Assembly: GCF_009914755.1 (NCBI RefSeq)
Contig: NC_060934.1
Length of the DNA stretch: 64,000 bases
DNA from: the human T2T-CHM13v2.0 reference genome, Homo sapiens
Strand: one strand, 5' to 3'
Shown here: piece by piece, positions 15,474-28,918 of the stretch
How the letters are laid out: every line of letters begins with the position of its first letter
How positions within the stretch are numbered: position 1 is the first letter of the stretch
Notes under the pieces: generated by a model
What the model saw: only the letters and a program-made list of their open reading frames with translations
What the model was told of the DNA's origin: nothing
The model's database searches: none
Position numbers and translations under genes: made by a program

Positions 15474-17331
15474 GTTTCTGTTCACTTCCTTTGCCCACTT
15501 TTTTATGGGCTTGTTTTTTTCCTATAAATTTGCTTAAGTTCCTTGTAGATGCTGGATAGTTGACCTTTGTTGGATGCATAGTTTGCAAAAATGTTCTACC
15601 ATTCTGTAGGCTATTTACTCTGTTAATAGTTTCTTTTGCTGTGCAGAAGCTCTTTAGTTTAATCAGATCCCATTTGTCAATTTTTGCTTTAGTTGCAATT
15701 GCTTTTGGCATCTTCATCATGAAATCTTTGCCTGTGCCTATGTCCCAAATTGTATTGTCTAGGTTGCCTTCCAGGGATTTTAAAGTTTTGAGTGTTGCAT
15801 TTAAGCCTTTAATCCATCTTAATTTTTATATATGGTATAAGGAAAGGTTCCAGTTTTAATCTTCTGCATATTGCTAGTCATTTATCCCAGCACCATTTAT
15901 TGAATAGGGAATCCTTTCCCCATTGCTTATTTTTATCAGGTTTGTCGAAGATCAGACAGTTGTAGGTGTGTGGTCTTATTTCCAAGTTCTGTATTTGGTT
16001 CTACTGGTCTATGTGTCTGTTTTTGTACCAGTACCATGATGTTTTGGTTACTGTAGTCCTGTGGTATAGTTTGAAGTCAGGTAGTCCTTCAGCCTTGTTC
16101 TTTCTGCTTAGGGTTGCCTTGGGTATTCAGGCTCTTTTTTAGTTCCATATGAATTTTAAAATAGTTTTTTTTTCTAGTTCTGTGAACAATGTCAATGGTA
16201 GTTTAATAGGCATAACACTGAATCTATAAATTGCTTTCGGCAATATGGCCATTTTAACCATATTGATTCTTCCTATCCATGAGCATGGAATCTTTTTCCA
16301 TTTGTTTGTGTCATCTCTGATTTCTTTGAGCAGTGGTTTGTAGTTCTCCTTATAGAGATTTTTACCTCCCTAGTTAGCTGCATTCTTAGGTATTTTGTGT
16401 GTGTGTGTGTGGCAATTGCGAATGTGAGTTCATTCCTGACTTGGCTCTCAGCTTGACTGTTATTGATGTAGGAATGCTAGTGATTTTTGCATATTTATTT
16501 TGTATCCTGGGACTTTGCTGAAGTTGTTTATCTTCTTAAGAAGCTTTTGGGCTGAGACTGGAAATTTCTAGATATAGAATCATGTCATCTTTAAACAAGG
16601 ATAGTTTGACTTCCTCTCTTCCTATTTGCATGCCTTTTATTTCTTTTTCTTGCCTGATTGTCCTGGCCAGAACTTTCAATACTATATTGAGTAGGAGTGG
16701 TGAGAGAGACTATCCTGTCTTGTGCCAGTTTTCAAGTGGAATGCTTCTAGATTTTGCCCATTCAGTATGATGATGGCTATGGGTTTGTCACACATAGCTC
16801 TTATTATTTTGAGGTATGTTCCTTCGATACCTAGTTTATTGAGTTTTTAACATGAATGGATGTTGAATTGTATGGAAATCCTTTTCTGCATCTATTGAGA
16901 TAATCATGTGGTTTTGTCTTCAGTTCTGTTTATGTGGTGAGTCATGTTTATTGATTTGTGTATGTTGCACCAACCTTGCATCCCAGGGATGAAGCCTACT
17001 ATCAAGTGGTGAATAAGCTTTTTGATATGCTGCTGAATTCAGTTTGCCAGTATTTTGTTGAGGATTTTTGCATCAATGTTCATCAAGGATATTGCCCTTA
17101 AGTTGTCTTTTTTTGTTGGATCTCTGCCAGGTTTTGGTATTAGGATGATGCCGGCCTTATAGAATGAGTTAGGGAGGAGTCCCTCCTCCTCAATTTTTTG
17201 AAATAGTTTCTGTAGAATTAGTACCAGTTCTTCTTTGTATGTCTGGTAGAAATCGGCTGTGAATCTGTCTACTCCTGAGCTTTTTTTGGTTGATAGCCTA
17301 TTTATTACTACCTCAATTTCAAAGCCTGTTA
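15474..17331 (-). mobile_element. L1PA13-like element, segment 3 (ORF2 region, 5'-truncated)
   Basis: gtttctgttcacttcctttgcccac resumes the host after 14372; ORF 15463..15720 [25 protein letters not shown]. Confidence 0.88.
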
Positions 17332-17449
17332 CTTGACGTGGCTACCATTAGGAGTTGGGACTCTTTACTCCTAAGAATAATGCTCTTTCTTCAAAAGAAT
17401 ATTACTTTTCCTTATGTTGACATTTTTAAAGTGACTCTGATATATGCTT

Positions 17450-17560
17450 TCAATACACATTTTTGAACACCTACTTCATGCCAGGCACCATGCTTAGGCA
17501 CTGTCCTGAAATAAAGATACTCTGACATGATATGGAAGGAAGCTTCTTGAAGCCTCTTTA
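17450..17560 (-). mobile_element. L2 3'-end fragment
   Basis: atttttgaacacctacttcatgccaggcaccatgcttaggcactg is the L2 3' terminal motif. Confidence 0.55.
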
Positions 17561-19331
17561 ACCTTAAAAACTTTTACTACCCTAGCAGAGGAGGGTTTAG
17601 TAATAATAAAGAGGAAAAGTAAAAGCAATATGTACCTACTTAAGAGCTTCCCTGTCTCTGAATAGCTCCTTACCACCTAACAGTTCATGAAACCTCATCA
17701 GTAGGAATCTGTTCCCTTGATTCTTGAAGATTTTGTTAGAAGACTTCTATTACAAAGCAAATATCCCCTGGGAAGAGAAATAACTTAAAACTCTAGCAGC
17801 TTAATCACTTCCCCACTTTGGACTTCAGCTTACCCACCTATAAAATAAGGGGTTTTGACCACATGATCTTTGTGGTCTCCTCTAGTATGAAAATCTAGAC
17901 TTACTAGGCCTAAAGGCCAGGGAATGGGAGTAGTTTACGGCTGGGTTTTCAAGGCTGCCTAGAAAGAGCAGTTGGAATTACAAGCAGCCTCAAGTATTCT
18001 CTCCCAATCCTGAAGTTATAGGGAAAGATTTAAACATGCTTCCAAGCCTCATGGGCAAATCACTCCCTTAGAGCTGTTGGACAACCTTTGGCTAATAAAG
18101 ATTAAACAAATAAATATGAAATATGGTTCTATCCAGCATCCTGAGAGGCCAATTTGCTGTTAATGGTAGTGTTTAGGCCCTAAAAGGGTATTAACTTACA
18201 GAGTAGTAAAGTTTCCAAACACAGCCCAGAGCTTTAAAAGATGTACAGGTGCCAAAATTAAGGGCCAAATTACCAATCTGTTTTAAATGATGGTCTGGGA
18301 ATGCTCAATATGACAAGGAAAATGTATGACAAATAATATCTTCAATACAAAGAAAAAGTTGCTTGAATTTATTAAAGGAAATGGACTACCTCTTGGGACT
18401 CCTTTTTTGCCCACTCCTCAAAGAGGTGATTTTTCAAAATCGACTCGAAGACACAGCTAATGCAAAATGACCCTTTAAGCATAAAGTAAGCTCATTTTTA
18501 ACTAAAACAGTTTTCATGTCAGCATTTGCCTAAAGCTTTGGGAATTTAGAAATTTCAAAGAAATGCACATTCCATTAGTATCAAAACTAGGTGCTTCCAT
18601 GATGTACTAAATGCATACTCAACATATGCAAAAGCTTTAAGCCAGAGTAAAGCCGGCTGCGTTTCTACTCATTGACAAGTTTAAAGAATTCATTGGCAGC
18701 CCTGCTGGATGACAGCAGAATGACTTCCTGTCAAGTAACCTCCATCCTCCAAGGTGACAGGAAATGGGCTTAAACACTGGTAATATCACTAATCAATGTA
18801 AGGAAGCACATGTTCCCAGCCTGCAATTGTGAAGTTTGGTTGCAATGTGTTAGCTGCTTGCTGGGCCATGTGATTCAGCATAACGACAGATGAAAGGAAA
18901 GGTCAGATTTACTAAGTGTTGAAGAGGTGTCATCAAGTGTTGCATATTACTTCAAGATGTCCTCTGCATCAGAGGCATCTCACTATATGGGAGTTAATTT
19001 CTCCTGCAGAATTCTTTAGTTTCCCTACAACCCTTTATGGAAGCCCCCAAATTTATTTCAACACATGAAGAATTGGACTTTCTCTTATTTCTGATTGACA
19101 CTAAATAGTCCAAGGTAATGGTCTTACCTTTATATGATTCTACCTTGGTTTTTAAGATAAGTACATACATGTATATACCTTCAGGCTTTGCCAAATACAC
19201 TCTTGTAGAGTCAAAATAGCCAGATTTTCCTCAAAAGTTCATTCTAGTGCTTCCAGTTTCTTCAGGTGGTTTTCCCCCTCTCAAATACAACGGCAGGTGT
19301 ATTCCTTTTCAAAGAAGCACTATTTAGTTTT

Positions 19332-19632
19332 TTGTTGTTTTTTTTTTTGAGATGGAGTCTCACTCTGTCCCCCAGGCTGGAGTGCAGTGGTGCAATCTTG
19401 GCTCACTGCAACCTCTGCCCCCCAGATTCAAGCAATTCTCTCCCCCGTCAGCTTCCCTAGTAGCTGAGATTACGGGCATGCACCACCATGCCTGGCTAAT
19501 TTTTGTATTTTTAGTAGAGATGGGGTTTCACCATGCTGGCCAGGCTGGTCTCAAACTCCTGACCTCAAGTCATCTGCCCACCTCAGCCTCCCAAAGTGCT
19601 GGGATTACAGGTGTGAGCCACCGCACCGAGCC
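19332..19632 (-). mobile_element. AluS (Sx/Sz-like)
   Basis: Antisense full-length Alu; TSD tatttagtttt (19321-19331) / tattcagtttt (19633-19643). Confidence 0.9.
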
Positions 19633-20854
19633 TATTCAGTTTTATACTAAAGAGGATGTGAGGAAACATAACTTTCCCTTTATTTATATAATAGGAAGGG
19701 ACCTTCAGGATCCTCTCCCAGAGCTCATTCCTATCAGATTCATTTCTTCAGTCATAAATTTTTCATAATTACTTATTGAGCACTTACTCTACATCAGGCA
19801 TTATACTAGTGGTTACAATACCAAATAGAACCAGACGTAGTCTCTGATCTGGAGATATTTAATTAAATAATCAAATAGGTAATTATTGAAATAAATATAT
19901 AATTCATAAACTACTTATAATTATTAAATAAATTAAATAACTATTCAACGAATGTATAGTTGTTAACTGGAGATGAGTAAACAGACATAGAAAGGTGAAG
20001 TGACTTTCTAAGGTCCCATCATAAGTCTGTTATGGAATACTGGTCTCCTGGCTCCCAGCCCAGTTCTCTTTTACTCTGTATCCTAGTGCATTTCAGTGTG
20101 CTTTCCCTGGACTGAAAGATGATCTGACATTCCCTTTCCAAGGCAGTCTCATAGCAGCTTCTCCAGAGCAGGACTTTCCAAGTTTTTTACCTCCTTTTGC
20201 AAGTTTAAAATGCTTTGCTCTTTGCTGAGGTTTACCTGAGGGAAGGGCAGTGTGTATGCAAGTGTATGTGTTGAGGGAGGGTGGTGAATGTCATAATGGA
20301 GGTCTTCTAAACTTTTGTGAAGAACACACAAGACTATGCTAGTACAAGAAATACAGCAGTGTCCACCTAGCCTTTCATGATCCCTACCCACAGTGAAAAA
20401 GAGATGTACCTGGGGACAGGTGAAGGGAGACATTCTAGGTGATTTTCTAAAATCACCACCAGCTTTTTCATAAATACTACCTGAAAATGGTGAGCCGGCC
20501 AACTTACAGGGCCAGGGAACACACAGGCCATGGATATGTTCTGGAAAACTATGGCAGAGGATGATATTTATTGGTTACGAGAGTAGAGACAGGGCTTTCT
20601 GAAGCATTATCTCCAAAGTTAAAGTAGCAGGACAAGATGGTCCATTTATTCCTTTCCAGGTCTTGGAAGACACAGCAGTAAAGAACTCGAAATTATCTGA
20701 TCCCTCCATTAAAAGCTTTACAGTTTACACACCTGTCTCCATAGGAGAGAAGCATGCTGTCTTTAACACTCAACCTACAAACTAGGTCCCTAATCAATAT
20801 TTACTTAATGCATAAATGGTGTGGACAATGGCATCAATCTGCACTTATAAACAT

Positions 20855-21100
20855 TAATAATAAGAGTTTATTGAGCACTTAGTATGTAAGAGATACTATG
20901 TGAAGGGTGTGAATGCATTATTAACCCTAATAACACTGTAAAACAGCTAAAATTATTACTCTTATTTCATAGATGAGAAAAAAAGAGATCAGCAAGGTTA
21001 AATAATTCATCCAAGGTTACTCATCTTATAAAAGACCAGAGCCGGGATTTAAATATAAATCTGATTCACTTCAAAGCTCATGTTCCTGGTCACCATATTT
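20855..21100 (-). mobile_element. MIR SINE
   Basis: aataataagagtttattgagcacttagtatgt...cttatttcatagatgag...aaggttaaataattcatccaaggttac. Confidence 0.7.
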
Positions 21101-21289
21101 ATTGCCTGCTTGATGGTTTAGGCAAGACAAGATATAGAGCGTCTCGCTAAGGGTCCTACTCTAAATTAATTATGACACAACAGCAAATAAGAAAAAAAAA
21201 ATACATAAATGTAATACATAAAAAGAGAAGACAAAGTAAGGTGTTTTAAGGATTGATTAATTGAGTAGCTTAGTGGTATAATGCAAGTC

Positions 21290-21400
21290 CTTTCCAATTT
21301 CTTCTCTGATGTCCTTAGAACATTGGCTTTTGTCCTCAGGCTTGTGCCTTAATAATAGCAAGATGGCTACAGCAGCTGCAGACATCACCTCCTCACACAG
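21290..21400. mobile_element. MLT1 (ERVL-MaLR LTR) fragment
   Basis: gcaagatggctacagcagctgcagacatcacctcc resembles old MLT1J/K-type LTR sequence. Confidence 0.4.
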
Positions 21401-21508
21401 TTATATATGAAGGAAGAACACCAAGTTAATGACTATCTACACCAAAAAAAAAAAAAACCCCAACACCTTCATGAGAACCAAAAATCAGGGAGGCACTCAT
21501 TGTACCTG

Positions 21509-21676
21509 TTTTTTTATTATTATTATTATACTTTAAGTTTTAGGGTACATGTGCACAACATGCAGGTTTGTTACATATGTATACATGTGCCATGTTGGTG
21601 TGCTGCACCCATTAACTCGTCATTTACATTAGGTATATCTCCTAATGCTATCCCTCCCCCCTCCCCCCACCCCACA
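21509..21676 (-). mobile_element. ~170-bp L1PA (PA3-5-like) 3' tip inserted in the L1MA2-like 5'UTR
   Basis: tactttaagttttagggtacatgtgcacaac...ctatccctcccccctccccccaccccaca; TSD acctg(g)tttt at 21504 and 21677. Confidence 0.88.
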
Positions 21677-24600
21677 ACCTGGTTTTAACTTAATATCACT
21701 GAAAGAGGCACTGAAGAGATAGAAAATACAGCCTGAATCTCTGACACCACCCCTTCTCTGCCTACCAGCAGTGGCAGCTTGGTGCAGAGAGTTTCTCTGG
21801 GCACTAGGGGAGGAAGAACACAGAAATTCTGAGAAATTGAACTCAGTGCCATCCTGATAAAGAAGAAAAGAAAACTGGACCAAACTCAGCTGATGCCCAC
21901 CCACGGAGGGAGCATTTAAACTAGACCTAGCCAGAAGGGAATCACCAATCCCAGCTGTCTGAACTTGAGTGCCTGCAAACCTTGCCAGGGAGGGCTACAG
22001 CACTCTGTGTCTCCAAATAAACTTGAAAGGCAGTCTAGGCCATAAGGACTGCAACTCTTAGGCAAATCCTAGTGTTAAACTAGGCCCAGACACAGTGGAC
22101 TGAGGGGGCATGTGACATACTGAGACACAAGCTGGAGAAGACAAGGAAGTGCTTGCACGACTCTTCCCCTAACCCCAGGCTGCACAGCTCAAGGCTCCGT
22201 AAGAGATCCCTTCCTTCCACTTGAGGAGAAAAGAAAGAGTAGGGAAGACTTTGTCTTGCATCTTGGATACCTGCTCAGCCACAGCAGGATAGGCACTGAT
22301 CAGAGTCATGAGGTCCACGTTTCAGGCCCTACTTCCAGATGACATTTCTAGACACATTCTGGGCCAGTAGAGATTCCCCTGCCTTGAAGAAAAATACCCA
22401 GCCCTGGCAGCATTCATTACCTGCTAACTGAAGAGCCTTTGGGCCCTGAATAACTAGCAGCGATAGCCAGGTACTATAATCAAGGGCCTTGGGTGAGCCT
22501 CTGAGACTTGCTGGCTTCAGGTAAGATGTACCACATTACCACCTGTGCTGGCTACAAGGTAAAACACCCTCTGCTTGAGAAAAACAGAGGGAAAAGTAAA
22601 GGCGGCTTTGTCTTGCACCTTAGGTACCAGCACAACCACAGTGGGATAGAGCACTAAGTGGGCTCTTGGGGTCCCTGATTCCAGGACTTGACTCTTGGCC
22701 ATTTCTGGACCTGCCTTAGGCTAGAGGAGAAACTAATGCCCTGAAGGGTGAGTCCTGGGCCAGGCAGCATTCACCACATACTGACTTAAGAGCCCGTGGG
22801 TCTTAAGGGAACATCAGCAAAAGTCTGGCAGTATTCCTTGTGGCCTGGGGTGGCGGTGGCTATGGGGTGAGGCTCCTCTGTCTTTGGAAATGGGAGGAAA
22901 GAGTGGGAAGAACTGCATCTTGTAGTCTGAGTGCCATGTCAGCCACAGTACAATAGAACACTAGGTAGACTTCTAAGGTTTTTGACTCTAGTCCCTAACT
23001 CCAGGATGGCACTTCTGGACCTAGCTGGGACTGGGGGACATCACCGACCTGAAAAGAAGAATACAGGCCTGGCTGACATTGCCACTTGCTGATTGTAGAG
23101 CTCCAGGGCCCTTGCATGAACATAGGAGTAGCCAGGGAGTGGATATAACAGGCTTTGGGCAAGACTCAGTGCTATGCTGGCTTCAGGACTGACCCAGCAC
23201 AGTCATAGTAATGGTGGCAACAGAGGTGCTTGTGTCACTCCAGCTCCAGCTTTATGTTGCTCAGAACAGAGAGAGAGACTCTGAGAGAAAATAAGGGAAA
23301 AGAACAAGAGTCTCTGCCTGATAATCCAGTGAATTCTTCAAGATCTAGTCTAAGACCATGAAGGCAGTTCCTCTATGAGTCAACAAGAACCACAGTGTTA
23401 CTGGGTTTGGGGTGCCCCCAAAAGCAGATACAGCTTAGATCACAACACCCAAGTCCTTTCAAATATCTGGAAAGCCTTCCCAAGAAGGACAGCTACAAAT
23501 AAGTCCAGATAGTGAAGAACACAATAAATAAGTAACTCTTCACTGTGCACACACCAAAGAACATCTATAAGCATCAACACCACCCAGGAAGACATGACCT
23601 CACCAAATAAACTAAATAAGGTGCTGCTGACCAATTCTGGAGAAACAGAGATATGTGATCTTTCAGAAAGAGAATTCAAAATCGCTGTGTGAGGAAACTC
23701 AAAGAAATTCAAGATAACCCAGAGAAGGAATTCAGAATTCTATCAGATACATTTAACAAAGAGATTGAAATAATTAAAAACAACTAAGAAGAAATTCTGG
23801 AGCTGAAAAATGCAATTGGTATACTGAAGAATGCATCAGAGTCCTTTAATAGCAGAACTGATCAAGCATAAGAAATAGCTTGAAGACAGGCTATTTAAAA
23901 ATACACAGAGGAGACAAAAGAAAAAGGAATAAAAAACAATGAAGCACACCTACAAGATCTAGATAGGTTATAAAATCGTATTTGCAACCCTCGGGGTATC
24001 CTCAAACCAAAAAACATGCAATGGATGCACAAATAATAAAATAAAATATAGCCTCAAAAGGGCAAAACTAAGAGTTATTGGCCTTAAAGAGGAAGCAGAG
24101 AAGTGATAGGGGTAGGAAGTTTACTCAAAGGGATAATAACACAGAACTTCCCAAGCCTAGAAAAAGATATCAATATCCAAGTACAAAAAGGTTATAGAAC
24201 ACCAAGCAGATTTAACCCAAAGAAGACTACCTCAAGGCATTTAATAATCAAACTCCCAAAGGTCAAGGATAAAGAAGGGACCCTAAAAGCAGCAAGAAAA
24301 AAGAAACAAATAATATACGACATGTCTAATAGCAGGCTTTTCAGTGGAAACCTTACAGGCCAGAAGAGAATGGCAAGACATATTTAAAGTGCTGAAGAAA
24401 ATAAACATTTACCCTAGAATAAATATTATGTCTAGTAATGTATCCTTGAAACACGAAGGAGAGATAAAGACTTTCCCACACAAACAAAAGCTGAGGGATT
24501 TCACCAATGCCAGGCCTATCCTACAAGAAATGCTAAAGGAAGTTCTTCAATCAGAAAGAAAAGGACATTAATGAGCAATAAATAATCACAGAAAGCAATA

Positions 24601-24867
24601 AATAATCACTGATAATAGTAAGTACACAGAAAAACACAGAATATTATAACATGGTAACTGTAGTGTGTAAACTCCTCTTATCCTAAGTAGAAAAACTAAA
24701 CAATGAACCAATAAAAAATAATAACTACAACAACTTTTCAAGACATAGTACAATAAGACATAAATAGAAACAACAAAAAGCTAAGAAGCAGAGAGATGAA
24801 GTTAAGGTGTAGAGTTTTTATTGGTTTTCTTTTTGCTCCTTTGTTTGTTTATGCAAATAGTGTTAAG

Positions 24868-25513
24868 GTAGGAATGTTAATTAGGTCAACCATTGTGCAA
24901 AGCAGTGTGACAATTCCTCAAAGAGCTAAAAGCAGAACTATCATTCAATCCAGCAATCCCATTACTGGGTATATACCCAGAGGAATATGAATCATTCTAC
25001 CATAAACACACATGCATGCAAATGTTCATTGCAGCATTATTCACAATAGCAAGGACATGGAATCAACCTAAATGCCCATCAATGACAGATTGAATAAAGA
25101 AAATGTGGTACATATACACCATGGAATACTACACAGCCATAAAAAAAGAACAAGATCATGTATTTTGCAGGAACATGGATAGAGCTGGAGGCTACAATCC
25201 CTAGCAAACTAACACAGGAACAAAAAACTGAATACCACATGTTCTCACTTATAAGTGGGAGCTAAATTATAAGAATTTATGAACACAAAGAAGGAAACAA
25301 CAGACACTGGGTATACCTGAGTGGGGAGGGTAGGAAGAGGGAGAGGAGAGAGGAGCAGAAAAGATAACTGTTGTGTACTGGGCTTAATACCTGGGTGATG
25401 AAATAACATTGGGTGATGAAATAATATGTACAAAAAACCCTTGTGACATGTATTTACCTATGTAACAAACCTTCACATGTAGCCCCAAACCTAAAAGAAA
25501 AGTTAAAAAAAAA
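24868..25513 (+). mobile_element. L1PA15-like 3' fragment inserted in the L1MA2-like inter-ORF region
   Basis: ORF2 tail plus 3'UTR gagcagaaaagataactg...gggtgatgaaataat...caaacctaaaagaaaagttaaaaaaaaa; the host resumes at ttatcaggttaaaataa. Confidence 0.8.
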
Positions 25514-27278
25514 TTATCAGGTTAAAATAATAGGTTATAAAATAGTATTTGCAAGCCTCAGGTTACCCTCAAACCAAAAAACGTACAATGGATACAAAAT
25601 AATAAAAAGCAAGAAACTAAATCATGTGAGCGGAGAAAATTGCCTTCACTAGAGGAACACAGGAAGGAAAAAAAAGAAGGAAGAGAACACCACAAAACAA
25701 CCAGAAAACACATAACAAAATGGCAGGAGTAAGTTCTTATTTATCAATAATAACATTTAATGTAAATGAACTAACCTCTCCAATCAAAAAAACATACACT
25801 GGCTGAATGGATGAGAAAATAAGAACCATTGATCTGCTGCCTACAAGAAACACACCTCACCTATGAACACACAAATTGACTAAAAATAAAGGGATGGAAA
25901 AAGATATTCCATGCCAGTGGAAACCAATAAAAAGCAGGAGTCACTATACTTTATCAGACAGATGTCAGGAGAAAAACTATCAGAGACAAATAAAGTACTA
26001 TATAATGATTAAGGGGTCAATTTAGCAAGAGAACATAAAAATTTTAAATATATATGCACCCAACACTGGAGCACCTAGATATATAAGTACAAAAAGGTTA
26101 ATATTAGAGGTAAAGGGAGAGAGAGTCCTCAATACAATAATAGCTGGAAACTTCGACACCACACTTTCAGCATTGGACAGATATTCCAGACAGAAAATCC
26201 ATAAAGAAACATCAGAACTAATCTGCACTACAGATCAAATGGATCTGAGATATTTACAGAACATTTTATTCAACAGCTGCAGAATACGCATTATTTTCCT
26301 CAGCACATGGATAATTCACAAGGATAAACCATAGGTTAGGTCACAAAACAAGTCTTAAAACATTCAGAAAATTGAAATAGTATCAAGTATCTTCCCTGAC
26401 CACAATAGAATAAAACTAGAAATTAAGGAGAAGAATAATTTTGGAAACTGTATAAATACATGGAAATTAAACAATATGCTCCTGAATGATCAATGGGTCA
26501 GTAAAGAAATTAAGAATAAAATTTAAAATTTTCTTGAAAACAAATGATAATGAAAACACAAAATACCAAAACCTGTGGGATACAGCAAAGGAAGTACTAC
26601 GGGAATTTTATGGCTATAAGTGCTTACATCACACAAGAAAAAAACTTCAAATGAAAAATCTAATAATGCATCTTAAGTATCTAGAAAAGCAAGAACAAAC
26701 TAAACCCAAAAATAGTAGAAGAAAATAAATAATAAAGATCAAAGCAGAAATAAATGAAATTGAAATGAAAAAATATACAAAAGATCAATGAAACCAAAAG
26801 TTGTTTTTTTGAAAAGTTAAACAAAATTGACAAACCTTTAGTCAGACTGACAAAAAAGGAGAGAAGATCCAAATAAAGAAAATCAGAAATAAAAAAAAAA
26901 AAGACATTACAAGTGATACTGCAGAAATCCAAAGGATCATTAGTGGCTACTATGAGTAACTATATACCAATAAATTGGAAAATCTAGAACTGGACAAATT
27001 CCTAGACACAACCTACCAAGACTGAATCAAGAAGAAATCCAAAACTTGAACAGACCAACAACAAATAACAAGATCAAAGTTGTAATAAAAAGTTTCCCAC
27101 TAAAGAAAAGCCTGGGGCCTGATGGCTTCACTGATGAATTCTACAAAACATTTAAGGAAGAATTAAAACCAATCCTATTCAAACTATTCTGAAAAATAGG
27201 AAAGGAAGGAATACTTCAAAACTCATTCTATGAGGCCAGGATTACCCTGATAACAAAATCAGACAAAGACACATGACA

Positions 27279-27332
27279 AACACCACCACCACCACTACCA
27301 CCACCACCACCACCACCACCACCACCACCACT
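27279..27332 (+). repeat. (CCA)n trinucleotide microsatellite within L1 ORF2
   Basis: About 17 CCA units with CTA interruptions, visible directly. Confidence 0.95.
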
Positions 27333-28918
27333 ACGGGCCAATATCTCTGATGAATACTGATGCAAAAATCTTCAACAAAATACTAGTAAACCAAACTCAA
27401 CAATACATCAGAAAGATCATTCATCATGATCAAGTGGAATTTATCCCTGGGATGCAAGGATGTTTCAACATATGCAAATCATCCAATATGATACATCATA
27501 TCAACAAAATGAAGGATAAAAACCACATGATCATTTCAATTGATGTTGAAAATTAATTGAAAATTTACCATCCCTTCATAATACAAACCCTCAAAAAACT
27601 GGGGAAGGAACATACCTCAATGTAATAAAAGCCACATACACCAGACCCACAGCTAGTATCATACTGAACAAGAAAAGACTGAAAGCCTTTCCTCTAAGAT
27701 TTGGAACATGACAATGATAACCACTGTCACCACTGTTATTAAACATAGTACTGGAAGTCCTAGCTAGAGCAACCAGACAAAGATGTAAAGGGCAGTCAAA
27801 TTGGAAAGGAAGAAGTCAAGTTATATTTGTTTGCAGAGGACATGATCTTATATTTGGAAAAAACTAAAGACTCCACTAAAATATATTATTGGAACTAATA
27901 AATTCAGTATGGTTGCAGGACACAAAATCAACATACAAAAATGAGTAGTATTTTCTATATGTCAACAGTGAAAAATGGGAAAAAGAAATTTAAAAAGTAA
28001 TCCCATTTACAATAGCCACAAATAAATACCTAGGAATTAACCAAAGAAGTGAAAGATAAATGTAATAAAAATTACAAAACACTGATGAAAGAAATTGAAG
28101 AGGTCATCAAAGAATGGAAAAATATTCCATATTTATGGATCAGAAGAATCAATATTGTTAAAATGTTCATACTGCCCAAAGCAATTTATAGATTCTATGC
28201 AATCCCTATCACAATACCAATGACATTCTTCACAGAAATAGAAAAAACAATCCTAAAATGTATATAGAACCACAAAAGACCTACAATAGGCAAAGCTATC
28301 CTAAGCAAAAAGAATAAAATTGGAGAAATCACATTACCTGACTGCAAATTATACTACAGTGATACAGTAACCAAAACAGCAATATACTATCATTAAAAAC
28401 AGACGCATAGATCAATGGAACAGAATGGAGAACCCAGAAACAATCTACATACCTACAGTGAACTCATTTTTGACAAAAGTGCCAAGAACATACACTGGGG
28501 GAAAGACGGTCTCTTCAATAAATGGTGCTGAGAAAAGTGAATGTCCATATGCAGAAAAAGGAAACTAGGTCCTTCTCACCATATATAAAAATCAAATCAA
28601 AATGGATTAAAGACTTAAATCTAAGACCTCAAACTATTAAACTACTACAAGAAAAGATAGGGGAAAATCTCTAGCACATTGGTCTGGGCAAAGATTTCTT
28701 GAGCAATACCTTACAAGTATAGGCAACCAAAGAAGAAACGGACAAATGGGATCACATCAAGTTAAAAAGATTCTGCACAGCAAAGGATACAATCAATAAA
28801 GTGAAGAGACAAACAACAGAATGGGAGACAATATTTGCAAACTATCCATCTGACAAGAGATTATAACCAGAAGATATAAGGAGCTCAAACAACTCTATAG
28901 GAAAAATATAATAATCCA

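Noticed and set aside
19250-19312. Possible micro-exon (cttccagtttcttcag|...ggcag|gtgtat)
   Set aside because: Weak donor, 31-nt length, and no partner exons or recognisable coding content.
24574-25428. Short tandem duplications (24574-24609, 25392-25428; also 5460-5498 and 40140-40180)
   Set aside because: Ordinary slippage duplications within decayed repeats; not spacer-separated arrays.
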